Part shown: positions 17,497 through 25,631 of the stretch, piece by piece | How the letters are laid out: every line of letters starts with the position of its first letter | How positions within the stretch are numbered: the stretch's first letter is position 1 | Source of the DNA: Eubacteriales bacterium | Lineage (GTDB): Bacteria; Bacillota; Clostridia; Oscillospirales; CAG-272 | Direction of reading: 5' to 3' | DNA: 42,482 nucleotides | Assembly: GCA_045126415.1 (NCBI GenBank) | Contig: JBGVOJ010000198.1 | Location: 1-42,482 of the forward strand | Translations under genes and position numbers: made by a program | Notes under the pieces: model-generated | The model's database searches: none | What the model was told of the DNA's origin: nothing | What the model saw: the letters and a program-made list of their open reading frames with translations, nothing else

Positions 17497-17952
17497 ATGT
17501 CAAAGGAAACAAAAAGTCTGTCCGTCATACCGAGTGACGAACAGAGGACAATTGATGAGATGCAGGCATTTGGCTGGGAATTGGTGAGTTCGCAGGAAAT
17601 AGCCACCAAGGATTCCCATCTGGAACGACATGGGGATACTCTTTATTCTGTTACGGAGAGCGAGAATTATGTGAAACTGGTTTTCAGCAGAGATACATCC
17701 ATTGAAAACTATGCGGAACTGGATGCCCTGTACCGTCAGTATTTGGAATATCCCAATGTCGGAAGACCGGGAGGCAGAATTAAAAAACTTCTGGCGTTTA
17801 TTTTGTGTATTACAATCTGGCCGGCAGGGATTATTTACATTATCTGGGGATTGGTTAAAGGTGTACAGGATCGCAATCAATACGCAAATTATATCATTTC
17901 CAGAGAAGAAAAAATCGAAGAATTGATGACGGAATCCAGAAAATATCGTTGA
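17497..17952 (+). CDS. Hypothetical protein: small soluble N-domain plus one C-proximal TM helix
   Basis: 151 aa. RBS aaggaga. AFGWELVSS motif. TM segment LLAFILCITIWPAGIIYIIWGLV. AT-rich. Confidence 0.7.
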   Translation: MSKETKSLSVIPSDEQRTIDEMQAFGWELVSSQEIATKDSHLERHGDTLYSVTESENYVKLVFSRDTSIENYAELDALYRQYLEYPNVGRPGGRIKKLLAFILCITIWPAGIIYIIWGLVKGVQDRNQYANYIISREEKIEELMTESRKYR

Positions 17953-18728
17953 GTGTTATGGGAAGAATCGTTTCATCCATTGCGCTGAATTTAGTGAAAT
18001 ATGTATTGGCAACAATTTTGGGGATGTTCTATATGGCGTGGATTATTTCAACGCAGACCTCTGAAAACCTATATGCCATTCTTTTTGAGTCTGAGCAGGC
18101 AGGTCTGATTTTTGAGGATGCACTGAAAAATATGGCGACAGAACTCCCGATTGTCGGAATTCTATTGGGACAAATTTTTTCATTTCAGAATGCTCCGACT
18201 ATTACTTTTTCCACAGGTTTTGAGGAGATATTCTCATTTGTTCTTATGCTGGTTGCAGTAAATGGACTGATAAAACCGTTATATTCTTATCCTGCCAAAG
18301 CGTTTAAAAGTTCCTACGAGGGGATTGATGTTGTAGTCAATACTTATGTTCTGGCAGTCGTCTCTTTGTGGGCAGTCGCGGGAACATTACTTATTCGCAA
18401 CAGTATTTTGAAATTTTTACAGTCTTTTTCGATGGCGGTATGGTTATACAACAGTATGCTTTTGATATTGACCATTGTGTTTGTTTTGGGGTATTATTGT
18501 ATTATGAAGCTATTGCACAGGGAGAAGGCAGGTTTTCTGAGTGCGATCTTGTTGGATATCTGTACAACGATGATTTTGCTGTGTTTTGTGAGTATGCTCG
18601 GAACATTGTCATATGCCGGTCTATCAAATATCACGAAGACCGATGAATTATTGATGTGTGCATTGGTAGTTATTTTACCGATTGCGGGAATCTATGTGAT
18701 CAGTCTGAAAGATAAATACGGTTTTTGA
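17949..18728 (+). CDS. Hypothetical polytopic membrane protein (about 6-7 TM)
   Basis: 259 aa. TTG 17949 overlaps the upstream TGA by 4 nt (alternative ATG 17958). No family recognised. Confidence 0.65.
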   Translation: MSVMGRIVSSIALNLVKYVLATILGMFYMAWIISTQTSENLYAILFESEQAGLIFEDALKNMATELPIVGILLGQIFSFQNAPTITFSTGFEEIFSFVLMLVAVNGLIKPLYSYPAKAFKSSYEGIDVVVNTYVLAVVSLWAVAGTLLIRNSILKFLQSFSMAVWLYNSMLLILTIVFVLGYYCIMKLLHREKAGFLSAILLDICTTMILLCFVSMLGTLSYAGLSNITKTDELLMCALVVILPIAGIYVISLKDKYGF

Positions 18729-18747
18729 TGTTTGGTGTATACAAAAA

Positions 18748-18795
18748 GAAAAATGAAGGAACTTTGCAGAAAAGTATTCTTCATTTTTCTTTTTC
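18748..18795. terminator. Rho-independent terminator at the end of the AT-rich island
   Basis: AGAAAAATGAAG (18748-18759) pairs perfectly with CTTCATTTTTCT (18779-18790), then a T-run. A-run upstream. Confidence 0.7.
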
Positions 18796-18796
18796 G

Positions 18797-18855
18797 TTGA
18801 AAAGGTTTTTGGAAAGGGTTCGGGGAAACCTTTTTCCTTAAAAAAAGGTTTCCCC
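18797..18855 (-). repeat. Intergenic palindromic element, copy F (type 2)
   Basis: TTGAAAAGGTTTTTGGAAAGGGTTC + GGGGAAACCTTTTT-CCTT-AAAAAAAGGTTTCCCC. Lies 16 nt from the fucI stop. Confidence 0.9.
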
Positions 18856-18871
18856 GAGAAACTTTATTCAC

Positions 18872-20683
18872 TTAAATTGTTCTCTTGAACTGAGGACCGT
18901 AGGTTGCGCATGCTCTGTAGTCTGCGCCTTCCTTGTCCATGCCGAATGCGTTCCATGCAGCCGGACGGAAGATGTCTGCGTCCGGTACGTTATGCATTGC
19001 GACCGGGATGCGGAGGATGGAGCAGAGGGTGATGAGGTCTGCGCCGATGTGACCGTAGCTGATTGCGCCGTGGTTTGCGCCCCAGTTGTTCATGACGTCG
19101 TATGCGGTCTTGAACGGGGAGCCTTCCTTGCCGTCGCAGCGAGGTGCGAACCATGTGCACGGCCAGGTGTAGTCGGTTCTCTTCCAGAGGGTGTCGGTAA
19201 CTTCGTCGGGAAGGTTTACAGTCCAGCCTTCGGCGATCTGGAGAACCGGGCCGAGACCCTGTACGAGGTTCAGACGGATCATGGTGCAGGGCATTTCTGC
19301 CTTGGTTACGAAACGGGAGGAGTAGCCGCCGCCGCGGAAGTAGCCGAGGTCAGCGAAGTTCCAGGTGGTGTTTTCCATGATGGCCTTCTGGTCCGCTTCG
19401 GTAACATTGTACCATTCCTTGATGAGGGCATTGCCGTTTTCGTCCTTTGCTTCGGCATTGGCGTCAACGCAGCACGCACCGGAGTTGATGAGGTGGATGA
19501 AGCCGCCGTTTTCGAGGGCTACGCCTTCCACGTCATAACCGGTCGCTCTCTTGACCGCTTCGGGACTCCAGTAGGTACGGACGTCCGCGAACATCTGGGG
19601 ACGGTTGGTGAGCAGCTTCATGAAGAGCATGCCGAGACCGTTGAGAACGTCGTTTTCGGTTGCGAGGATGTAGGGTTCGCGTGCGCCGTTCCAGTCGAAG
19701 GAGGAGTTGAGCATTGCTTCCGGGAAGTCGCAGTTCGGATAGAAGTCCGTCCACTGTCTCTGACCCTGAAAACCTGCGGCGATGGCGTTGTGGCCGACCA
19801 TTTCTTCTTCACAGCCTTCGGGGAGGTTCGGGTTGCCGTTCATGAGGTCCTTGATGATGACCATCATCTTAACGACGAATTCCCACTGAGCGTCCTTTTC
19901 TTCGCGGGACTTCTGCATATCTTCGGGGTTCTTGTCGAAGCCTTCGATGCAGTTCGCCTTGGTCCATGCGAGAGCCTTTTCGAATTCGGCCTTGTCATAG
20001 ATTTCTTCGGTCATGCGGCGGATGAGTTCCACTTCGTCAACGGATTCAACGCGCATGCCGAGGTATTCTTCGATGAACTTGGAGTCGATGATGGAACCGC
20101 CGATACCCATGCAGATGGAGCCGATCTGGAGATAGCTCTTGCCGCGCATGGTAGCCGCTGCAACTGCCGCACGTGCGAAACGGAGGATCTTTTCCTGAAC
20201 GTCCGCGGGCATGTCGGTGACTTCGTCAAGGTTCTGAACGTCGTGACCGTAGATGCCGAACGCCGGGAGACCCTTCTGTGCGTGGGTCGCGAGAACGGAT
20301 GCGAGGTAAACCGCGCCGGGTCTTTCGGTGCCGTTGAAGCCCCATACTGCCTTGATGGTGTTGGGATCCTGGTCCATGGTTTCGGAGCCGTAGCACCAGC
20401 AGGGAGTTACGGTGATGGTGATGTCAACGCCTTCCTTCTTGAACTTGGAAGCGCAGGCAGCGGCTTCGCCGACACGGCCGATGGTGGTGTCCGCGATGAT
20501 AACCTTCACGGGTTCGCCGTTGGAGTACTTGAGATTTTCGGAGATGAGCTTCTGAGCAGCCTTGGCCATAGCCATGGTCTGATCTTCGAGGGATTCACGA
20601 ACCTTCAGCGGGCCGCGTCTGCCGTCGATAGTGGGACGAATACCGATTACGGGATAATCGCCGACAAGTCTGGATGTTGCCAT
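18872..20683 (-). CDS. fucI: L-fucose isomerase
   Basis: 603 aa. The N-terminus [24 protein letters not shown] and overall length are typical of FucI. Confidence 0.9.
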   Translation of the reverse strand: MATSRLVGDYPVIGIRPTIDGRRGPLKVRESLEDQTMAMAKAAQKLISENLKYSNGEPVKVIIADTTIGRVGEAAACASKFKKEGVDITITVTPCWCYGSETMDQDPNTIKAVWGFNGTERPGAVYLASVLATHAQKGLPAFGIYGHDVQNLDEVTDMPADVQEKILRFARAAVAAATMRGKSYLQIGSICMGIGGSIIDSKFIEEYLGMRVESVDEVELIRRMTEEIYDKAEFEKALAWTKANCIEGFDKNPEDMQKSREEKDAQWEFVVKMMVIIKDLMNGNPNLPEGCEEEMVGHNAIAAGFQGQRQWTDFYPNCDFPEAMLNSSFDWNGAREPYILATENDVLNGLGMLFMKLLTNRPQMFADVRTYWSPEAVKRATGYDVEGVALENGGFIHLINSGACCVDANAEAKDENGNALIKEWYNVTEADQKAIMENTTWNFADLGYFRGGGYSSRFVTKAEMPCTMIRLNLVQGLGPVLQIAEGWTVNLPDEVTDTLWKRTDYTWPCTWFAPRCDGKEGSPFKTAYDVMNNWGANHGAISYGHIGADLITLCSILRIPVAMHNVPDADIFRPAAWNAFGMDKEGADYRACATYGPQFKRTI

Positions 20684-20722
20684 TATGATAATTCCTTTCG
20701 AAATATAGAATGTGAGGTTCTT

Positions 20723-20779
20723 GGGGAAAACTTTTTTTCAAAAAAGTTTTCCCCAAACCCCTTTCAAAAAACTTCAATC
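20723..20779 (+). repeat. Intergenic palindromic element, copy G (type 1)
   Basis: GGGGAAAACTTTTTTT-C-AAAAAAGTTTTCCCC plus tail AAACCCCTTTCAAAAAACTTCAATC. The hairpin ends 39 nt upstream of the fucI start. Confidence 0.9.
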
Positions 20780-20846
20780 TGGGTGAATTTACAAGGTGCA
20801 GCTGAAATCGTTTGGAAAGGGGCGGACGAATCGCTTTCTATAGGGA

Positions 20847-20875
20847 ATTATACCATGGGCAAAGGAAAATTGCAA
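20847..20875 (-). promoter_or_regulatory. Predicted fucI promoter (extended -10)
   Basis: On the minus strand: TTGCAA (20875-20870), 17 nt, TGG-TATAAT (20852-20847). This puts copy G inside a roughly 155-nt leader. Confidence 0.5.
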
Positions 20876-20891
20876 TGTGTTTTTATGAATT

Positions 20892-22502
20892 TTATGCTTC
20901 GGCGGCGTAGAGACTGAGCCACGGGCGGTCATCTTCTGTAGGGACGGAGAGAAGTCCGCGTTCGCCCGCATCGTACAGACTGCGGGTGATGAAAATGTGG
21001 AGGGAGTTCGACAGGCGGTTTGCCGCCTGAGGAAGAAGGTGCTTCGGAACGTCCGGGATGAGAGTGTCGGTGATGATTTTGTATGCGGCGTCGAGATGCG
21101 GCCTGAACTGCGGATAGACTTCGTTGGTGAGTTCCGCGAGCTGGACGAGACGGTCGTATTTGCAGGAATAATAATTCGGAAGGAAGATGTCACCGTCAGT
21201 GAGGATGAGTTTCCGGTCGATGGCGATGCTGAGGAGGTATTTCTGATCGTCGGTCAGCGTATGGACATTGAGTTTGGCGGAGGTACCGAGGAAGTCCATA
21301 CAGAAGCGGAACACACCTTCGGGAAGGTCGAAGAAGACGCTGCTGTCCAGTCCGCTCCACCAGTGATGGAAGCTCTGGACGTATTCGGAAGGCCGGTGGA
21401 CGGGGCCGTCCCATTCTTCGTAGGAATACGGCGGACGTTCCGGTGATTCACTGGAGTCTGTGAAGCCGAGAGCGATCCAGTTGCCGCCGTTCGGACGTTC
21501 GGGAACCTTGTCGGAAGTGATGACATGGCATTCCTCGCCTTTGTAGCGGGAGGTCATGAATTCCGTGACCATGTGGATGTACACCCACAGCAGGCGTTCC
21601 CATGAGAATCCGGCGGGGTTGTACTCCGGCGAGGTCAGCAGGGAACGGTGGTCTTCGAGGAAGGCGAAAAGTTTGTCGGAAAAGGCAGGGAAGCAGGCTT
21701 CGACAATCTGATCGTACATCCGGAGCGAGGGATTTTCAAGGATGACGAAATCGGTCTGGTAGCGGTCAGCACCGACCTTCCGCATGAGCTGGTTATAGGT
21801 GAGATACTGCACTTCGTCCTCAATGTACGGTGCGGCGATGCCAAGCTCGGTACAGAGTTCTTCGATGGTGAGCGGCTGACGGTAGGCGGCGAGGAGGATG
21901 TTCTGGGCGGATTTCCGCTTGGCGCAGGACATGGGTTCGCCGTCCGCGCCGGGGGAAAACTGACAGGAGAGAACGAGATTTTCGGGCTTGAAGCTTCTTT
22001 CACCGAATTCACGCATGGTATGGATACCTTCTTTCAATAAATTTCGTGCGTCGTGGAGCCACCATTTGACGGTGCCGGGGCTTTTGCGGAGGGTTCCGGC
22101 GATTTCCGCAACGCTTTTTCCGTCAAAGTAGTGCATCACGACGGCTTTCCGGTAGTTTTCCGAGAGAAGGGCGATCTCGCGGCGGAGGAGATTTTCCGTT
22201 TCCCGGCGGGTGATTTCCTCCTCGATATTGTCGGATGAGACGATATCCTCGGGGAGGTAGACAGTGCCGCCGGTTTTTTTGTCGCGGAGGCGTTTGAGAA
22301 AGATATTGTTCGACACGCGCCAGATGAACGCGCCGAGATTGTCGATGGTTTGTCCTTGGCGGACGATTTTGATCAGTTCGAGCGCGATGTCCTGCGCGAG
22401 GTCTTCGGCTTCCTCGCGGGTGTTCATGCGCAGGCAGCAGAAGCCGAGGATTTTGTCGAAATAGTCTTCCTCGAGGAGATGCAGGATGTCGGATTCCGTC
22501 AT
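20892..22502 (-). CDS. Sigma-70-family (ECF-like) RNA polymerase sigma factor fused to a roughly 370-aa C-terminal extension
   Basis: ATG 22502 with RBS gaaaggaagg (alternative ATG 22544). Region 2-like EAEDLAQDIALELIK. Region 4 HTH SVAEIAGTLRKSPGTVKWWLHDARNLL. 536 aa with no TM segment. Confidence 0.8.
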   Translation of the reverse strand: MTESDILHLLEEDYFDKILGFCCLRMNTREEAEDLAQDIALELIKIVRQGQTIDNLGAFIWRVSNNIFLKRLRDKKTGGTVYLPEDIVSSDNIEEEITRRETENLLRREIALLSENYRKAVVMHYFDGKSVAEIAGTLRKSPGTVKWWLHDARNLLKEGIHTMREFGERSFKPENLVLSCQFSPGADGEPMSCAKRKSAQNILLAAYRQPLTIEELCTELGIAAPYIEDEVQYLTYNQLMRKVGADRYQTDFVILENPSLRMYDQIVEACFPAFSDKLFAFLEDHRSLLTSPEYNPAGFSWERLLWVYIHMVTEFMTSRYKGEECHVITSDKVPERPNGGNWIALGFTDSSESPERPPYSYEEWDGPVHRPSEYVQSFHHWWSGLDSSVFFDLPEGVFRFCMDFLGTSAKLNVHTLTDDQKYLLSIAIDRKLILTDGDIFLPNYYSCKYDRLVQLAELTNEVYPQFRPHLDAAYKIITDTLIPDVPKHLLPQAANRLSNSLHIFITRSLYDAGERGLLSVPTEDDRPWLSLYAAEA

Positions 22503-22614
22503 GGGGGATGCCTTCCTTTCGCGGAGTTTTTGATGACCGGTCATTTCGATAGTAAAGTACCGTGAGCGGGGATTCGGTTGGAAAAATTTTTTTTGAGAAA
22601 TTTAAAAAAACCTA

Positions 22615-22645
22615 TTGACTCTCACGTTACGTAATAGTTTATAAT
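22615..22645 (+). promoter_or_regulatory. MerR-type promoter with 19-bp spacer and internal palindrome
   Basis: TTGACT (22615-22620), 19-nt spacer containing TTACGTAA (22627-22634), TATAAT (22640-22645). Confidence 0.65.
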
Positions 22646-22668
22646 ATAAGCGCATGGGAGGAATATAT

Positions 22669-23388
22669 ATGCGAACAGTAAATGAAATTAGCAAAGTTAC
22701 AGGTGTGAGTGTGCGCACACTGCATCATTATGACGCAATTGGACTTTTGAAACCTACAAAAGTAACCGATGCAGGCTATCGGTTGTATGACGATACAGCC
22801 CTTGGCCGATTGCAAAGTATTTTGTTGTTTCGTGAATTGCAGTTTCCGCTGAAAGACATTAAAGCATTTCTTGACAGTCCCACATTTGACGCCCGAGAGG
22901 CATTAGCTCAACAAATCAAACTATTAGAAATGCAATATAAACACATAGGCGAACTGATTTCCTTTGCCCGTGAAATTCAAACAAAAGGAGTTAAACGAAT
23001 GGATTTTCAGGTTTTCGACAAAAACGAAATGGAACAGTACAAAGAAGAAGTAAAAGCAAAATGGGGTGAAACCAAAGCATATAATGAGTATATGCAAAAA
23101 AGAGATTGTGATTATGGTGAAATCGCAAATCAGTTGATGTCGTTGTTTGCAGAAATAGGTGCACTTCGAGATTTGCCGCCTTGTGATGAAAAAGTGCAAG
23201 AGAAAATTCGTGTGCTGCAGAGTTTCATTACGAAAAACTACTATAATTGTACTAACGAAATTTTGAGCGGATTGGGACAGATGTATGTGTGTGATGAACG
23301 CTTTAAGAAAAACATTGATAAAGCTGGTGGTGAGGGTACGGCTGAATTTGTCATGAAAGCAATAAAGGTTTATTGCGCCGAGAAATAA
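22669..23388 (+). CDS. MerR-family regulator with TipAS/Mta-like C-terminal domain
   Basis: ATG 22669 with RBS gggagg. VNEISKVTGVSVRTLHHYDAIGLLKP is a MerR HTH. 239 aa. About 35-40% GC by eye. Confidence 0.85.
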   Translation: MRTVNEISKVTGVSVRTLHHYDAIGLLKPTKVTDAGYRLYDDTALGRLQSILLFRELQFPLKDIKAFLDSPTFDAREALAQQIKLLEMQYKHIGELISFAREIQTKGVKRMDFQVFDKNEMEQYKEEVKAKWGETKAYNEYMQKRDCDYGEIANQLMSLFAEIGALRDLPPCDEKVQEKIRVLQSFITKNYYNCTNEILSGLGQMYVCDERFKKNIDKAGGEGTAEFVMKAIKVYCAEK

Positions 23389-23629
23389 AATTGTCTGCAA
23401 CGGAATGGGGAAGCCCACGCGGGTTCACTCGCCATTTGAGCAAAAAGTATCACACAAACAGGAGAAAAAATGCCGAGAAGTCGCAAAAACATATAGTGTT
23501 TATGCGGGTTTCCGGCGTTTTTCGATCCATCGACCGAGCAAAATTCACCGAAACGGTATCATTCCGCTTTGATTATACCACATAAAATCACGGTTTTGCA
23601 AAAAATTACATTCAATTCTCGTTTTGATA

Positions 23630-23658
23630 TTGATTTTCCGGCGATATTCTGTTACAAT
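23630..23658 (+). promoter_or_regulatory. Predicted fba promoter
   Basis: TTGATT (23630-23635), 17 nt, TGT-TACAAT (23653-23658). Confidence 0.45.
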
Positions 23659-23707
23659 AATGTAGTTGAAAAACAATTATTGTTTTATATAAAAAGGAGA
23701 AATAGAA

Positions 23708-24667
23708 ATGGCACTTGTAACAACCAAGGAAATGTTCAAGAAGGCTTACGAAGGCGGCTACGCGATCGGTGCTTTCAACATCAACAACATGGAAATCATC
23801 CAGGCTATCACAGAAGCTGCTGCTGAAGAAAAATCTCCCGTTATTCTTCAGGTTTCCGCAGGCGCAAGAAAGTACGCAAAGCAGGAATACCTTCTCGCTC
23901 TCGCAAAGGCTGCGATCGCTGACTCCGGCATCGACCTCGCTCTCCACCTCGACCACGGCGCAGACTTCGAAATCTGCAAGGCGTGCATCGACGGCGGCTT
24001 CACCTCCGTTATGATCGACGGTTCCCACCACTCCTTCGAAGAAAACATCGAAGTTACCAAGAAGGTTGTTGAATACGCACACGCTCACGGCGTTGTTGTT
24101 GAAGGCGAACTCGGTGTTCTCGCAGGCGTTGAAGACGACGTTGTTGCAGAACACTCCTCCTACACCAAACCCGAAGAAGTTGAAGAATTCGTAGGCCGCA
24201 CCGGTGTTGACTCCCTCGCAATCTCCATCGGTACTTCCCACGGCGCATACAAGTTCACCGCTGCACAGTGCACCAGAAACGAAGAAGGCATCCTCGTTCC
24301 CCCGCCGCTCCGCTTCGACATCCTCGAAGAAGTTGGCAAGAGACTCCCGGGCTTCCCGATCGTTCTCCACGGCGCATCCTCCGTTCCGCAGCACTATGTT
24401 AAGGAAATCAACGAACTCGGCGGTCAGCTCCCGGACGCAGTCGGTATTCCGGAAGAACAGCTCCGCAAGGCAGCTACCATGGCAGTCTGCAAGATCAACA
24501 TTGACTCCGACATCCGTCTCGCTCTCACCGCAGGTATCCGCCGCGTGATGACCGCTCAGCCGGAAGTATTCGACCCCAGAACCTACCTCTCCGTTGCCCG
24601 CGAAGAAGTTAAGAAGACCGTTTACCACAAGATCGTAAACGTCCTCGGCTCTGCTAATACTCTTTAA
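23708..24667 (+). CDS. fba: Class II fructose-1,6-bisphosphate aldolase
   Basis: 319 aa. GGYAIGAFNINNME, LHLDHG and GTSHGAYKF motifs. RBS aaaggag. Confidence 0.9.
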   Translation: MALVTTKEMFKKAYEGGYAIGAFNINNMEIIQAITEAAAEEKSPVILQVSAGARKYAKQEYLLALAKAAIADSGIDLALHLDHGADFEICKACIDGGFTSVMIDGSHHSFEENIEVTKKVVEYAHAHGVVVEGELGVLAGVEDDVVAEHSSYTKPEEVEEFVGRTGVDSLAISIGTSHGAYKFTAAQCTRNEEGILVPPPLRFDILEEVGKRLPGFPIVLHGASSVPQHYVKEINELGGQLPDAVGIPEEQLRKAATMAVCKINIDSDIRLALTAGIRRVMTAQPEVFDPRTYLSVAREEVKKTVYHKIVNVLGSANTL

Positions 24668-24683
24668 TTGATGAACTTATATC

Positions 24684-24740
24684 GGGGAAAACTTTTTTGA
24701 AAAAAAGTTTTCCCCGAACCCCTTTCAAAAAACTTTAAAC
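24684..24740 (+). repeat. Intergenic palindromic element, copy H (type 1)
   Basis: GGGGAAAACTTTTTT-G-AAAAAAAGTTTTCCCC plus tail GAACCCCTTTCAAAAAACTTTAAAC. Starts 16 nt after the fba stop. Confidence 0.9.
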
Positions 24741-24838
24741 AAATATATTTGCAAAGTGCAGTGCAGATTTTACGAATGGACTTTTTGAATATATTGGTTT
24801 AAATTGAGTTCTATTAAAAAAAATGGAGAGTACGACGG

Positions 24839-25558
24839 ATGAAATGGTCGGGAGACTATAAGGTAAATGCGAACGATGTGGATTTCAACAACATCGTTTC
24901 GGTTTCGAATATTCTGCGGTATATGCAGGACGCGGCGAATTACGCAATGGAGGCGGACGGGCCGTCCTATCTGGAACTGTTTGAGAGGGGACTGGCGTTT
25001 ATTCTGAGCCGGATCCGTCTGAGTCTGTACGCGCCGGTATATTCGCATGAGAAACTGGAGGTTCAGTCGTGGGCGTGTGAATCGAAGGGGGCGCAGTTCA
25101 ACCGCTGTTACCGGATTCTGCGGGAAGGAGCAATTGTTGCCGAAGCGGTATCGGTATGGGCGCTGTGCGGGGTGGAAGACCGCCGTCTGCACCGGGTGAG
25201 TGAGTTTGATTTCGGCTACCGGACGGACGAGATGCTGGAACTGGATCTTCCGGCGCGGTTCAAAATTCCGGAGGACGTTTCGCTTCGTCTGGTCGGAGAG
25301 AGAACCGTGGAATACGCGGATATCGACATGAACGGGCACATGAACAACACGAAATATCCGGACATTCTGTGCGGGTATATCGGGGATATGCGCGGTCAGC
25401 GGGTGATTTCGATGGCACTGTCGTTTGTGTCGGAAGCACCGCTGCATGAGGCGCTGAAGGTTTACGCCGGATCGAGCGACGGGGTATGGTATGTACGTAC
25501 CGTGAGAGAAAACGGACAGACCAACGTCGAGGCGGAAATTATTACGGAAGCAATCTGA
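24839..25558 (+). CDS. Acyl-ACP thioesterase (double hot-dog)
   Basis: 239 aa. VDFNNIVSVSNILRYMQDAA and DIDMNGHMNNTKY are typical of the Acyl-ACP_TE family. Confidence 0.75.
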   Translation: MKWSGDYKVNANDVDFNNIVSVSNILRYMQDAANYAMEADGPSYLELFERGLAFILSRIRLSLYAPVYSHEKLEVQSWACESKGAQFNRCYRILREGAIVAEAVSVWALCGVEDRRLHRVSEFDFGYRTDEMLELDLPARFKIPEDVSLRLVGERTVEYADIDMNGHMNNTKYPDILCGYIGDMRGQRVISMALSFVSEAPLHEALKVYAGSSDGVWYVRTVRENGQTNVEAEIITEAI

Positions 25559-25573
25559 AAAATTGAAGATGAG

Positions 25574-25616
25574 AAAACCTCCGGGAGTTCGTAAGAACTC
25601 CAGCGGAGGTTTTTTT
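25574..25616. terminator. Bidirectional rho-independent terminator
   Basis: AAAACCTCCG..GGAGTTC-GTAA-GAACTCC..CGGAGGTTTTTTT between convergent genes. Confidence 0.8.
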
Positions 25617-25631
25617 ACTATGTAAAGATTT

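Noticed and set aside
23401-23440. GGGGAAGCCCACGCGGGTTCACTCGCC, which looked faintly tRNA-3'-end-like and so a possible integration scar.
   Set aside because: The putative T-arm does not base-pair, and there is no acceptor stem or CCA context.
23470-23496. Mini-ORF MPRSRKNI with a good RBS (aggag). It would be the only TAG-terminated ORF.
   Set aside because: It is 8 codons long, with no conservation evidence available and no structure suggesting a leader-peptide attenuator.
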